A DNA stretch of 64,000 bases from an uncultured Candidatus Rokubacteria bacterium (GCA_963805625.1 CAWDVE010000014.1:32001-96000); one strand, 5' to 3'; shown: positions 31,363 through 41,264, counted from the stretch's first letter. The notes: generated by a model not told the origin, from the letters alone. Made by a program: numbers and translations.

Positions 31363-31529
31363 TGGACAGGCGAGCCTTCATGGCTGGTACCGTTGTCCTC
31401 CTCGCCGCGCCGCCCGCCGCAAGCGGCCTCGATGCCGAAGCCCCGGTGGCTGACCGCTGAAGACCCGGCTCGTGGCGAACCCCCCTCGTGGCGTAGTCGA
31501 GCGACCTGGCCTCGGATCGACACGCGCCG

Positions 31530-31830
31530 CCCCGGGGCCCACCGTCCCCCAGATCTCGTCGAGACCGATGTCGACGAGGAGCCCGCCCCGGTAGTCCAGG
31601 ACGCGCTGCCGCGGGATCACGCACCCGCGTCGGTGGACGGCCTCCTCGAGCCCGAGCCTCCGGAGCGCCCGGACGCCATTGGCCGGAAGAAAGACGCCGG
31701 TGCCGACCTGCTCCTCTTGGCCCGCGCGCTCCACGATCTCGCCGGAGAGCCCCCGCTGCCGAAGCGCTCGCGCCAGCGCCAGCCCGGCGATTCCCCCGCC
31801 GACGATCAGAATTCGCGGAGCCCGGAGCAT
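31530..31830 (-). pseudogene. FAD-dependent monooxygenase N-terminal fragment
   Basis: ILIVGGGIAGL..VER..GTGVFL..NGVRAL, then truncated. Confidence 0.75.
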
Positions 31831-31861
31831 CGCTCTCTGCCGGCACGCCGGCTCGGGGTCG

Positions 31862-33106
31862 TCAAGTGCCGAGTCCGTCACCCGAGCGTGCGCCGGCGGG
31901 CGGGGCCATGCCGAGGATGCGGGCGACGTTCCCCTCCGAGAAGTAGTCGGCTGGCGAAACGACCCCGGCGTACGTACGGGCGAAACCGTCCATCGCCTCC
32001 GGGTCCCCCTGCGCGGCCGCGAGCACCCGCTGGAGCTCCAGCGGTGGAGGCTGGAGGGTCGCGAGCAGTGCGGTGAATTCGTAGATCGGCAGGACGTGCC
32101 GGTCGCGCGTGGACTGGTACCCGCCCATCACGTCCTCGAACGAGCGGGAGTCCGAGAAAGTCTCGTCCAGTGCCATCGCACACAGCTCGGCGTCGCGGAA
32201 GGCGTCGCTGATCCCCTGGGCCGTGATGAAGTCCTTGTTGTAGCCGGCGTCCCCGACCAGTGCCCAGCCGGGACCGTACGGACGCCGGAAATAGTTCGGC
32301 ACCGCCATCCCGGCGAAGCGCTCCTCGCGCCGGGCGGCGCGCACGCGCTCGGCGAAGGCCGGCAGCTGCTCGACCACCGCCAGATAGTTGCCCTCGACGT
32401 CCTTTCGCCTCGCGTCGAACTCCGCGAAGGGCCACCCCACGATTACCAGCGTCAGGTCGTCTTGGGTGGGCCAGGCCGCCATGCCGCAGTTCGGCAGGAT
32501 CCAGTTCACGAGACGTCCGTCCATGGGCAGCCCGCTCCAGTACGTGTAATACGCGGCCACGAGGGGAGGCTTTTCGTTGTATCGCTCCGGTTCCACGGTC
32601 CGAGCGACGACCGACCGTAGGCCGTCGGCGCCGACGACGACGCGGGCGCGCTCGGTGACCGACGACCCCTCCGGGCCGTGGCCGCGGATGCCGACGACCC
32701 GCCCGCCCTCCAGCAGGATCTCGTCGACGGTGAATCCCTGGCGGACCTCGGCGCCGGACTTCCCCGCGGCATCCACGAGGATCTCGTCGAGCGCGGTGCG
32801 CCGCGGGGAGTAGGCGACAGGCTCCTCCTCCGTCCCCGGGGCACCGGTCAGCGTGAACGGCCCGAAGTCGAAGACGTAGGTGTGGATCGGCGGGCAGCCG
32901 GTGGCCACGACGCGATCGAGCAGGCCCCAGCGCCTGAGCGCCGCCACGCCCGGCGGATGGACGAGGTGGGTTGAGATGGTGTCGCTGGGAAAGGTCGCCC
33001 GGTCCACGACGAGAACGTCGTAGCCGCGGCGGGCGAGGAGCATGGCGGTCGGGGAGCCCGCGCAGCGGGCACCCACCACGATGGCGTCGTACCGTCGGGC
33101 GTTCAT
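31862..33106 (-). CDS. NAD(P)/FAD-dependent oxidoreductase (geranylgeranyl reductase/halogenase-like fold)
   Basis: IVVGARCAG, GADG, LVGDAG..DFITAQGISDA. Confidence 0.9.
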   Translation of the reverse strand: MNARRYDAIVVGARCAGSPTAMLLARRGYDVLVVDRATFPSDTISTHLVHPPGVAALRRWGLLDRVVATGCPPIHTYVFDFGPFTLTGAPGTEEEPVAYSPRRTALDEILVDAAGKSGAEVRQGFTVDEILLEGGRVVGIRGHGPEGSSVTERARVVVGADGLRSVVARTVEPERYNEKPPLVAAYYTYWSGLPMDGRLVNWILPNCGMAAWPTQDDLTLVIVGWPFAEFDARRKDVEGNYLAVVEQLPAFAERVRAARREERFAGMAVPNYFRRPYGPGWALVGDAGYNKDFITAQGISDAFRDAELCAMALDETFSDSRSFEDVMGGYQSTRDRHVLPIYEFTALLATLQPPPLELQRVLAAAQGDPEAMDGFARTYAGVVSPADYFSEGNVARILGMAPPAGARSGDGLGT

Positions 33107-34009
33107 TCAGCGGGCTCCGAGGGCGCGTCGCAGGGCAGCCAGGAACGCCGCCGGCTGCTCGATGGGCGGATCGTCCGCCGCGCCTTCGACGACCTCGAGC
33201 GGCCAGCCGTAGCGCGCGCTCGCGGCCTGGGCGACCGCCAGCGGCGTCGCGAGGTCGTGCCGGCCCCAGATCAGGAACGTGGGGACCGCGATCGCCTCGA
33301 GCTCGGCTTCCGGAATGGCCGGCATCCCGAACGCCGCCATGAGGCCCTGCATCGCGGCCCGGGCCATCGGCGCCTTCGCGCGATCCAAGGCGTACGCCCT
33401 GAGGGCACGCCAGCGATCTCCGAGCCGCTCGCGCAGGGCGTCCAGGTCGAACGCGCAGCGCGCCCAGAGCCGATCGAGGGTGCCGGCAGTCGGGCTCTCT
33501 AGGAAGTCGTCGAGCGCCGCCCCGAACTCGGCTGCCGGCTGGAACGCGGACAGGCCGAGTGCGTCGACGAGGACGAGCCGCTCCACTCGCTCGCCGGACC
33601 GCGCGACGAAGCGGGCGGCGATCGCGCCGCCCACGATCTGTCCCACAAGCGCCGGCGGGGCCGGGCATGTCCGCGCGATCAGCTCGCCCAGCCACACGAG
33701 GACCCGCTCGCCGTCGACCAAGTCCCCGCCGCCCGACGCCCCATGACCGGGCAGGTCGGGGGCGATCACTCGATAGGTCGCGACCAGGTCCGGGATCACG
33801 GCGAACCACTTGGCCCCGAACTCGCCCGGACCGTGCAGCAGCACCACGGGCGGACCGGCGCCGCCCTCCAGCACCGCGGTCGGGATCCCTCCCAGCTCGA
33901 TCCGGCGCTCGGTCACCGGCATCGCGTCGATCAGCCGCTGGCGGGCTTCCGGACCGGCGAGCGTCCCCTCGGCAGCACGTCGCAAGCGCCCCTGTCTCGT
34001 CGTTTCCAT
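33107..34009 (-). CDS. Alpha/beta hydrolase fold protein with non-canonical catalytic residues
   Basis: LLHGPG, DLPGHG, GQIVGG (no Ser), WGRHD, AADDP (no His). Confidence 0.85.
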   Translation of the reverse strand: METTRQGRLRRAAEGTLAGPEARQRLIDAMPVTERRIELGGIPTAVLEGGAGPPVVLLHGPGEFGAKWFAVIPDLVATYRVIAPDLPGHGASGGGDLVDGERVLVWLGELIARTCPAPPALVGQIVGGAIAARFVARSGERVERLVLVDALGLSAFQPAAEFGAALDDFLESPTAGTLDRLWARCAFDLDALRERLGDRWRALRAYALDRAKAPMARAAMQGLMAAFGMPAIPEAELEAIAVPTFLIWGRHDLATPLAVAQAASARYGWPLEVVEGAADDPPIEQPAAFLAALRRALGAR

Positions 34010-34047
34010 GCGTCCCTCCTTGAGTCGTCGATCGAATCGACGGCTCC

Positions 34048-34127
34048 AGGCTACGGGGACGGGGGGGTCTCGGCTTCGGGGAGAGCCCCCACTCGCCGGC
34101 AAAGCGTGGAGTGAGGGTTTTCCCTCA
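34048..34127 (-). promoter_or_regulatory. Candidate LuxR operator pair and promoter
   Basis: TGAGGG-N4-CCCTCA (34112-34127), a GGGG-N4-CCCC box near 34078-34089, and -10-like TAGCCT at 34048-34053. Confidence 0.5.
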
Positions 34128-35771
34128 GTCGGCCGGGCGGACCACCTCATTCTCGTAGGCCCAGGCCGTGGCGGCGACCCGGGAGGGGACGTCGAGCTTC
34201 GTCAGGATGTTGCCGACGTGGCGTTCGACTGTCTTGACGCTCAAGGAGAGCGCGTCGGCGACCTCCTTGTTGGACTTCGCGGCAGCCACCAGGCGCAGCA
34301 CCTGGACCTCGCGGGGCGTGAGACCGTGGCGGCCAGCGTCGGGCCGATTGGCCAGGAGCGCGTCGACCCGCGTGACGTCTGGACGGGCGCCCAGGCTCAG
34401 GTAGGCCCGCCGCGCCGCCTCGAGCTCCATCCGCCCCCCTGCCCGATCGCCGAGCGCGCGGCAGGCGAGGCCCAGCACCTCGCGGGCGCGGGCCGCCGCG
34501 TGCGGGATCTCGAGCGCCTGCCACTTCTTCCAGGCAAGCCGTAGCCGGACCAGCGCCTCCCGCGGCTTCCCCGCGGCCAGCTCGACGACGCCCTGGGCCT
34601 GAGCGGCCGTCGCGCGCAGCATGTCGGTGTCGAACCTCGCCGCGATCTCGGCGAGCTCGCCGCAAGCGGCGCGGGCTCCTTCGCGGTCGCGCGCGGCGAG
34701 CAGGATCTCGATCCGGGCCGGCAGGAGCCGCGCCCGCGCGAGCGGTTCACCGGTCTCGTCGAGGGCACGCCCGATCGCGGCGGCCGCCGCGCGCATGCGC
34801 CCCCGCGCGAGCCACAGGAGCGCGAGGCCCGGATGCGGCTCGGCGCCCGCCTGGCTAGCGCTGCGGTAGGCCGTCTCGGCGGCGTCGAACTCCCCCCGCA
34901 GCCGGAGGATCTCGCCCTGCTGGTAGAACGCCGCGCCGGACGGATACTCGTCGATCCCCTCGGCATGCTGCTCCGAGGCCCGGCGCGCCTCGGCGAGCGC
35001 GGCCGCCCACGCGCCCTGGAGCTGCAGAATCTCCGCGCGATGCACCAGGCACGTCGAGGTGAAGATCATCATCTGCCGCTGGTCCTCGCACCAGCGGCCG
35101 AGCGCGGCCGTCCACTCACGAGCGCGGCCGAGCGCGTGGACCTGATGGCAGCATTCGATCACGCTGCAGTAGATCAGACCCGTCATCATCGGGGAGAGCT
35201 CGCCGGACGTGACCTCGACCATCGCCTCGTCGAGCAGCCCGAACCCCTCCTCGACCCGGCCCATCCCCAGGAGCGTCCGCCCCTCCACGTGCCGCGCGGC
35301 GGCGATCAGGTCACGATCGCCGAGACGAGTGCCGACGCCGGTCGCCTCGCGGGCGACGGCGCCAGCGCGCTCCCACTCGCCCGCCCTGAGATGCTGCTCC
35401 GCAGCGGCGAGGAGCAGATACCCCTCCTCCGCGGTCTCTCGGCCTTCCTGATCGAGCAGCCGCTGACCCCGCGCGAACCACCCGCTCGCGGGCCCGGTCT
35501 CGCCGCGCAGGAAGAGGCGGAAGCCGATCCAGAACGCGCAGCGGGTGGCGCCCGGGCGGTCGCCTGCGTCCCGGTACGCCCGGTGAGCGCGCTCCAGCGT
35601 GCGCTCGAACTCACCCTCGCGTCCGACCAGGAACGCCGCGATCGCCAGTCGCTCGAGGTCCGCCGCCCGCAGGGCGATCTCGCGATCGGCCAGGGACAGG
35701 AACTCATGGGCGTCTTTCCACGCGCGGCGGTCGTACGCTCGCCGGCCGCGATCCAGGTGCTTCCGCGGCAT
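34125..35771 (-). CDS. LuxR-family regulator (TPR-like domain plus C-terminal HTH)
   Basis: LTPREVQVLRLVA..SNKEVA..LSVKTVERHVGNILTKL. Confidence 0.92.
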   Translation of the reverse strand: MPRKHLDRGRRAYDRRAWKDAHEFLSLADREIALRAADLERLAIAAFLVGREGEFERTLERAHRAYRDAGDRPGATRCAFWIGFRLFLRGETGPASGWFARGQRLLDQEGRETAEEGYLLLAAAEQHLRAGEWERAGAVAREATGVGTRLGDRDLIAAARHVEGRTLLGMGRVEEGFGLLDEAMVEVTSGELSPMMTGLIYCSVIECCHQVHALGRAREWTAALGRWCEDQRQMMIFTSTCLVHRAEILQLQGAWAAALAEARRASEQHAEGIDEYPSGAAFYQQGEILRLRGEFDAAETAYRSASQAGAEPHPGLALLWLARGRMRAAAAAIGRALDETGEPLARARLLPARIEILLAARDREGARAACGELAEIAARFDTDMLRATAAQAQGVVELAAGKPREALVRLRLAWKKWQALEIPHAAARAREVLGLACRALGDRAGGRMELEAARRAYLSLGARPDVTRVDALLANRPDAGRHGLTPREVQVLRLVAAAKSNKEVADALSLSVKTVERHVGNILTKLDVPSRVAATAWAYENEVVRPAD

Positions 35772-35977
35772 GTAATCAGCATGGACTGAAGCGCGCCGAG
35801 GTCAAGAGGCGGCAATACCGCCCTCTTCGCGGCCCATCGGCCCCTTCGGACGAATCGGGCGATGCGCCGGCGCGAAGCGCACGTCACGCGCAAGGCGCCG
35901 CCGGCAACCCCAGGGAACTTCACCGCCCACCACTATTCCGTGGTGATCCAGCCCTCCGTACGAGCCAGAGATCCCGA

Positions 35978-37315
35978 TCACCGCCATGCCGTGCTCCTCT
36001 GGGCCGCTCCTGGGCTGGGACCGGGCTCGTCCAGCCATCGCCACTCCGTTGGGGGGTACAGGGCCCCCTTCCGGCGCGCGCCCGCCGCGATCTGCGCGTG
36101 AAGCGCGTCGAGAACCGCCGTCGACGGCTCGCTTCGCACCAGGATACGCCGGACCGCTTCGTTCATGGCCTCGGTGACGTCCGCCCAGTAGACCACGTCG
36201 GGACGGCGGACGGCGGCGGCCAGGGCCTTTTGGACCGCGTCGAAGGTCTCGCGTTGCTCTGCCGGCACGCTGCCATACGCGTCGCTCCGGATCGATGGCC
36301 ATGCGTTACGCTCGACCAGCACCTCCTGGGCCTCGCGGGACATCAGAAAGCGGGCCAGGGCCAGGGTGGCCTCCCGGCGCCGGCCTCCGATCCCCTTGGG
36401 GATCCCGAGGACGTCCCCGCCGAGGACATGGGCGGCGCGGACCGGCCCGCGCCATCCCGCGTACACTTCGAAGCGCGAGAGAATGTCTTGCTCGGCAAAC
36501 ACTTTGGAGGTGAACGGCCAGTTGGGAGCCAGCCACGCCGTCTCGCCCTGCAGGTAATCGACCTGCGTGTCGTACTTGGCCAGCAGGCTCTCGCGCGCCA
36601 AGAGACCCTCCGCCCACAGGCTTCGGAGGAACTCGAAGGCCCGCACCGACCCCCCGTCGTTCAGGAGCAGGGGGTTGCCACCGAAGGCCACGATCCACTC
36701 CATGATCGTGACGCCCGCTGCGGCACCCTCGGCCAAGGGGATGGTGACCTTGGGTACGCCGCGAGCCGCCGATTTGAGTGCGCGAGCCACGGTCCGCAGC
36801 TCCTCCACCGTTGTCGGGGCCGTGACCGCCGCCTGCTTGAAGCGAGTCCGATTCACGTACGTGATCTGGACGTTAGGCCGAAACGGCAGGAAGTACTGCT
36901 TGCCCTCGAACCGGTCGGGAACCATCGCGGGGAGCACGCCCTCCGGGATGGCGACATCCGAGAGATCCTCGACCAGGCCCTCGTCGACGAGCACCCGGAG
37001 CGCGAGCGTGTCCTTCGCGAAGAGATCGATCGTGGGTCGACCCGCCCGCACCTCCACCTTGAGCTTCTCCGGCAGGTCCTCCCCGGTCACCGCCGCCACG
37101 GCAACGGAGGCGCCGGTCTCGCGCGTGAACCGGCCCAGCACCTCGCGCACGGCGTCTTTCTCGTCCTCGGCCAGCGAGGTGGCGAAGGTGAGAGCAACGT
37201 CCGCCAACGGCCCGCCCGGCGTCCGCTCGGCCTCGGGCTGCTGGCACCCCGAGGCCACCACCAGGAGGGCAGCCACCAGACCGCCGGCTGTCGCCATCCG
37301 CGTCCATCCAGGCAT
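35978..37315 (-). CDS. Carbohydrate ABC transporter substrate-binding lipoprotein
   Basis: VASGC lipobox; SBP_bac_1-type motifs (PTTVEEL, NWP, LGGDVLGI). Confidence 0.85.
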   Translation of the reverse strand: MPGWTRMATAGGLVAALLVVASGCQQPEAERTPGGPLADVALTFATSLAEDEKDAVREVLGRFTRETGASVAVAAVTGEDLPEKLKVEVRAGRPTIDLFAKDTLALRVLVDEGLVEDLSDVAIPEGVLPAMVPDRFEGKQYFLPFRPNVQITYVNRTRFKQAAVTAPTTVEELRTVARALKSAARGVPKVTIPLAEGAAAGVTIMEWIVAFGGNPLLLNDGGSVRAFEFLRSLWAEGLLARESLLAKYDTQVDYLQGETAWLAPNWPFTSKVFAEQDILSRFEVYAGWRGPVRAAHVLGGDVLGIPKGIGGRRREATLALARFLMSREAQEVLVERNAWPSIRSDAYGSVPAEQRETFDAVQKALAAAVRRPDVVYWADVTEAMNEAVRRILVRSEPSTAVLDALHAQIAAGARRKGALYPPTEWRWLDEPGPSPGAAQRSTAWR

Positions 37316-37344
37316 CGCTCGACCCCCGTGGTCCCCCTGGCCGC

Positions 37345-38160
37345 TCAGCCCTTGATCGCTCCGGCCAGCGCCCCGGGGCGCAGGAAGCGCTGCAGCACGG
37401 CCACGACGAGCAGGATCGGCACGACCAGCACCGTCGCCACCGCCGCCATCTGCTGCTTCGTGCCCCGGTCCACCGCCTGGAAGACCTGGAGCGGCAGCGT
37501 GTACTGGCTCGTGCTCAGGAGGCGCGCGTACACGAACTCGTTCCAAGAGTAGAGCCAGACGAACAGCGCGGCAACGGCGATGCCCGGCGCCGCCGCCGGG
37601 AACACGACTCGCACCAGGGTCCCGACCCGCGAGGCGCCGTCCACGGCCGCCGCCTCCTCGATGTCACGCGGGATGCCCTCGAAGGTGCCGACAAGAATCC
37701 AGGCGATGAACGGCAGCGCCCCAATCAAGTGGGCGAGGGTGAGCCCCGCATAGCTGTCAACGAAACCCAGCTGGGCGAAGCGGGTGGCCACCGAGACTCC
37801 CACCGCGAACTCCGGAAACATCCGCGTAACGAGGAGTCCCACGACGAGCAGGTAGCGCATGCCGGCCGGGAGACGGGCCACGACGTACGCGCCCGGCGCG
37901 GCGATGGCCACGCCGGCCAGCGTCGTCGCGCAGGCCACGGTCACACTCTTGAGCAGGGGGCCCCACAGATCGCCTCGGGACATCACGCGCTGCCAGAATC
38001 GGAAGGTCGGCTCGGTCACGACGAGGGCGGGGCGTTCGCCGAAGATGGCGTCCCCCGGCGCGACCGACACCATCACGAGGAGATAGATCGGGAACAGCAC
38101 CAACAGGAGTGACGCCACCACCTGGGCCCCGAAGGCGAAACGCCGGAGCGCGAGCCTCAC
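37345..38160 (-). CDS. Carbohydrate ABC transporter permease (MalG-like)
   Basis: EAA loop IPRDIEEAAAVDGAS; WNEF. Confidence 0.92.
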   Translation of the reverse strand: MRLALRRFAFGAQVVASLLLVLFPIYLLVMVSVAPGDAIFGERPALVVTEPTFRFWQRVMSRGDLWGPLLKSVTVACATTLAGVAIAAPGAYVVARLPAGMRYLLVVGLLVTRMFPEFAVGVSVATRFAQLGFVDSYAGLTLAHLIGALPFIAWILVGTFEGIPRDIEEAAAVDGASRVGTLVRVVFPAAAPGIAVAALFVWLYSWNEFVYARLLSTSQYTLPLQVFQAVDRGTKQQMAAVATVLVVPILLVVAVLQRFLRPGALAGAIKG

Positions 38161-39101
38161 CGCCCCTGCTCCGCCCGAAAGGCGACCACTCGGAGATAGA
38201 GCGCGATGAACACCATGATCAGCGCGAACAACACGATGGCCGCCGCGGCGGCGGTGAACGGATCGTTGGTCGGCGGGCCGTAGCGGCTCCAGATGAACGT
38301 CCCGAGCACCGGCTCCACGCGGCCGGCCATGACCAGCGCCAGCTCGAAGATGCGGAAGGCGTCGATCGCCCGCAGGATCACCGCCATCGTCACGTAGGGC
38401 GCCAGGAGCGGCAACGTAATCCAAAGGAAGCGCTGCCACGGCGCGGCGCCGTCCACGTCGGCCCCCTCGTAGACATCCTCGGGAATCGACTCGAGTCCGG
38501 CCAGGAAGATCAGGGTCACGGTCGGGAGCACCTTCCACATGTCGGCGATGGCGAGGGTGGCCAGGGTGCGCAAGCCGCCGGCCACCGTCCAGCTCGTCGG
38601 CACGAACTCCCACGCCACGCCCGGGATCACGTTCACGGCGTCGGCGAGCGCGAAGAGTAGGGCGTTGAGGTAGCCCGAGCGGGAGAACACGAGCAGCATG
38701 ACGGCGCCCGCCACGATGGTCGGCACGCCGAGGGGCACCAGCATGACCGTCCGGACCAGGCCCCGCAGCGGAAACGTCTGGTGGAGCATCAGCGCGACGC
38801 CGAGTCCCACCCCGAGCTGGAGCACGAGCGACAGCAGGGCGACTGCGATCGTGTTGATGACGGCGGTGCGAAAGACCGCCGACGCCACGATGGCCTGATA
38901 GTTGGCGAGCGATGGAAACCCGGCTCCGAACGGCGCGGTGAGGGAGAGGCGGACGGTGTCGAGGATCGGTGCGACCGTCAGGAGCAAGACGTAGGAGAAC
39001 AGGGGGAGCGCGAGGGCCACCTCCAGGCGGTGCTGGCGCAGGCAGCCCAGCGGGCCTCGATCGTTGGCTCCCCGGGACGCCCGCGGAATCGCGCTCGTCA
39101 C
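38157..39101 (-). CDS. Carbohydrate ABC transporter permease (MalF-like)
   Basis: LAGLESIPEDVYEGADVDGA..F..ITLPLL. Confidence 0.92.
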   Translation of the reverse strand: MTSAIPRASRGANDRGPLGCLRQHRLEVALALPLFSYVLLLTVAPILDTVRLSLTAPFGAGFPSLANYQAIVASAVFRTAVINTIAVALLSLVLQLGVGLGVALMLHQTFPLRGLVRTVMLVPLGVPTIVAGAVMLLVFSRSGYLNALLFALADAVNVIPGVAWEFVPTSWTVAGGLRTLATLAIADMWKVLPTVTLIFLAGLESIPEDVYEGADVDGAAPWQRFLWITLPLLAPYVTMAVILRAIDAFRIFELALVMAGRVEPVLGTFIWSRYGPPTNDPFTAAAAAIVLFALIMVFIALYLRVVAFRAEQGR

Positions 39102-39299
39102 GCGTGGCCCCGAGGGGTACGAGAGAGGCGGAGCCGACCCGACGGGCTTCGGCGCCCCCACCTCACCGAAGGCTGGCCCCCTGTCGCACGAGCTCCGCCT
39201 GGACATTCACTGGCTGCATCCCGTGATGCTGATACGCCGCAAGTCACCGCCAGACCGGGAGATTTCCAGGGCACAATCACCTTCGGGCCGCCAGCAGAC

Positions 39300-39320
39300 G
39301 AGTGCCACCGTGAGTGCCAC
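39300..39320. repeat. GAGTGCCACC-GT-GAGTGCCAC, 12-bp period direct repeat
   Basis: 20/21 identical to 10384-10404; a related GCCACTG-N5-GCCACTG lies at 39698-39716. Confidence 0.65.
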
Positions 39321-39751
39321 AGCACGGACCTGAGAGATCTGCGCGCTCGTGGGGGAGCCAACGGTCCCCTGCCCCAACCGGTTGGCATATCTGGTATCCG
39401 TGGCCATCCGTCCCTTGCGTCTATTGGGACGGCAACACGACATGGTGGTTCGGCGACTGGCTCGACGTCGACGGACCCAGGGCTCGAAGGCGCAAGCTCA
39501 AACTCAATGAGCGGGTCCCGCGCGTATGTCGAGCGCGCGGTCGCGGTGTTCCGCGACGAGGCGAGCGATAATCTCGGGGCGGCATCACGACACCTCGGTG
39601 AATGGGGTACACCCACTCTCGTTCCGACGCACGGGACAGGTCCCATTGTAGGGATCCCCCTCGAGGCGGCGTTCACCGGTGGCGGATTTTCGCCTTGGCC
39701 ACTGGCTAAGCCACTGACCGACCGGAGGGTGGCTCGTTAAGTGGCCGTATC

Positions 39752-40549
39752 TCAGGAGCCGCTTGCCAGCTTCACACCCAGCCGGGTGAGTTCTGCCTGC
39801 TCCACGTCGGAGACGAGGGCATAGCCGAGCTCGCCGTCACGCCAGAGGATTACGTGGAATCCCCGCGCGGTGGTGGCATACGCTTGCGTGTCGCCCATCG
39901 GCGTGAGGCCGCGCGCGGGCCAGGCAAAGCCGTCGGCAGGGAAGACGAACAGCGTGACGACGTGCAGATGTCGATTGAAGACGAACACGGCCGCCTTGCG
40001 ATCAACAAAGTACCCGACCGCACCCCCCTGGAGCGGGAAGTCGTCATCGCCGCCAAATCGTACGACGGGAGCGAAGTCGAGCCGTCCTGCGAACCAGGGT
40101 TTGACCTGGTGGAGACCGCCGCTCCGGACGTCGACCGGGTTCTGGCTGGAGAGCACCCGGAGATGGTCGTTCACCGCCTCGCTGACCATCCCGCTCGGGC
40201 CGACCTCAGGATGCCGGAGATACGGCTGCAGCGCGGCCACCAGGAGCACGGCGACGGCCGCCGCCGGGACTAAAGATCGGCTCCAGCGGTTCCACCACGA
40301 GGGCATCGCGCTTGGGGTGGGGGGCCACTGGGTCGCCAGCCGCCGCTTGAGGGCGAAGGAGGCGGTGTGCTGGGGAAGCCGCCGCTCGAGTATTTCGGTG
40401 AGCGCTTGCTCCGCCGCTCCCTCGCGGGCGCAGGGTGCGCAGCTCTCCAGGTGGGTAAGGATCTCCCGGTCCGGCTCGGGGTCAAGCTGCCCCCGCTGGT
40501 AGTCCAGGAGTCTCGGCCGCACTTCATTGCAGGTCGGAGATCCCTTCAT
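39752..40549 (-). CDS. Transmembrane zinc-binding anti-sigma factor
   Basis: HLESCAPC (Hx3Cx2C), TM helix, VKPWFAGRLDFAP domain; ATGA overlap with the sigma gene. Confidence 0.9.
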   Translation of the reverse strand: MKGSPTCNEVRPRLLDYQRGQLDPEPDREILTHLESCAPCAREGAAEQALTEILERRLPQHTASFALKRRLATQWPPTPSAMPSWWNRWSRSLVPAAAVAVLLVAALQPYLRHPEVGPSGMVSEAVNDHLRVLSSQNPVDVRSGGLHQVKPWFAGRLDFAPVVRFGGDDDFPLQGGAVGYFVDRKAAVFVFNRHLHVVTLFVFPADGFAWPARGLTPMGDTQAYATTARGFHVILWRDGELGYALVSDVEQAELTRLGVKLASGS

Positions 40550-41115
40550 CGCGCGTAGTCCTTGAGCCGCGACCGCAGCGCCGCCCGCGCCCGCGCGAGC
40601 CGCGACTTCACCGTGCCCACCGCACAACCCATGACGTCCGCGACCTCGACCTCGGTCAGACCCTCGAGATCGAGGAGGATGGCGGACCGGGCGTCCTCCG
40701 AGAGGGTCATGAGCGCTTGCTCGATTTCCACGCCCACCAGTTTGCGCAGTCGGTCGAGTTCGATGTCGTCCCGCAGCCACTCTTCCCGGGCCGCGCCCTG
40801 CGCCGAGGGGTCGACGGTGTCCAGGCCGCCCACTGTCGGGTCGTGACGGTGACGGCGATACAGGCTCACGAACGTGTTCCGAAGGATACGAAAGAGCCAG
40901 GCCTTGAGATTGGTGCCGGACGTGAACTGTCGCGCTCCCTTGAGAGCCCGCGCATACGTCTCCTGGACGAGGTCCTCGGCGTCCGCCTGGTTGCCCGTGA
41001 GGTAGCGGGCGAGGTTATAGAGAGTGTCCGCATAGGCCAGGGCGTCGCGCCCCAGGGCCGCGACCGGGTCCACGCCTGGTGGCTCCATCCCAGGACCATG
41101 GTACGCCGGCCTCAT
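40546..41115 (-). CDS. ECF RNA polymerase sigma factor
   Basis: DAEDLVQET, AWLFRILRN, GTVKSRLARAR. Confidence 0.93.
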   Translation of the reverse strand: MRPAYHGPGMEPPGVDPVAALGRDALAYADTLYNLARYLTGNQADAEDLVQETYARALKGARQFTSGTNLKAWLFRILRNTFVSLYRRHRHDPTVGGLDTVDPSAQGAAREEWLRDDIELDRLRKLVGVEIEQALMTLSEDARSAILLDLEGLTEVEVADVMGCAVGTVKSRLARARAALRSRLKDYAR

Positions 41116-41158
41116 TCGCGATCCACCACCAAGCGTCCAGGCGCCCCTCCTCCATTCG

Positions 41159-41184
41159 TAACGCCGCAGCGCCAGATTCGTTCC
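41159..41184 (-). promoter_or_regulatory. ECF promoter (autoregulatory) GGAACGAAT-N10-GGCGTTA
   Basis: AAC/CGTT ECF-type boxes with 16-bp spacing; identical boxes on the opposite strand at 41199. Confidence 0.8.
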
Positions 41185-41198
41185 CGGCGACGGGCGAC

Positions 41199-41224
41199 GG
41201 AACGAATGAAAGGCCCGGGCGTTA
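41199..41224 (+). promoter_or_regulatory. ECF promoter GGAACGAAT-N10-GGCGTTA driving the propeller-cupredoxin gene
   Basis: 16 positions identical to the divergent promoter. Confidence 0.8.
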
Positions 41225-41264
41225 GCGCAAGTGGATAGAACATGCACCGCAAGGAGGTCATACC

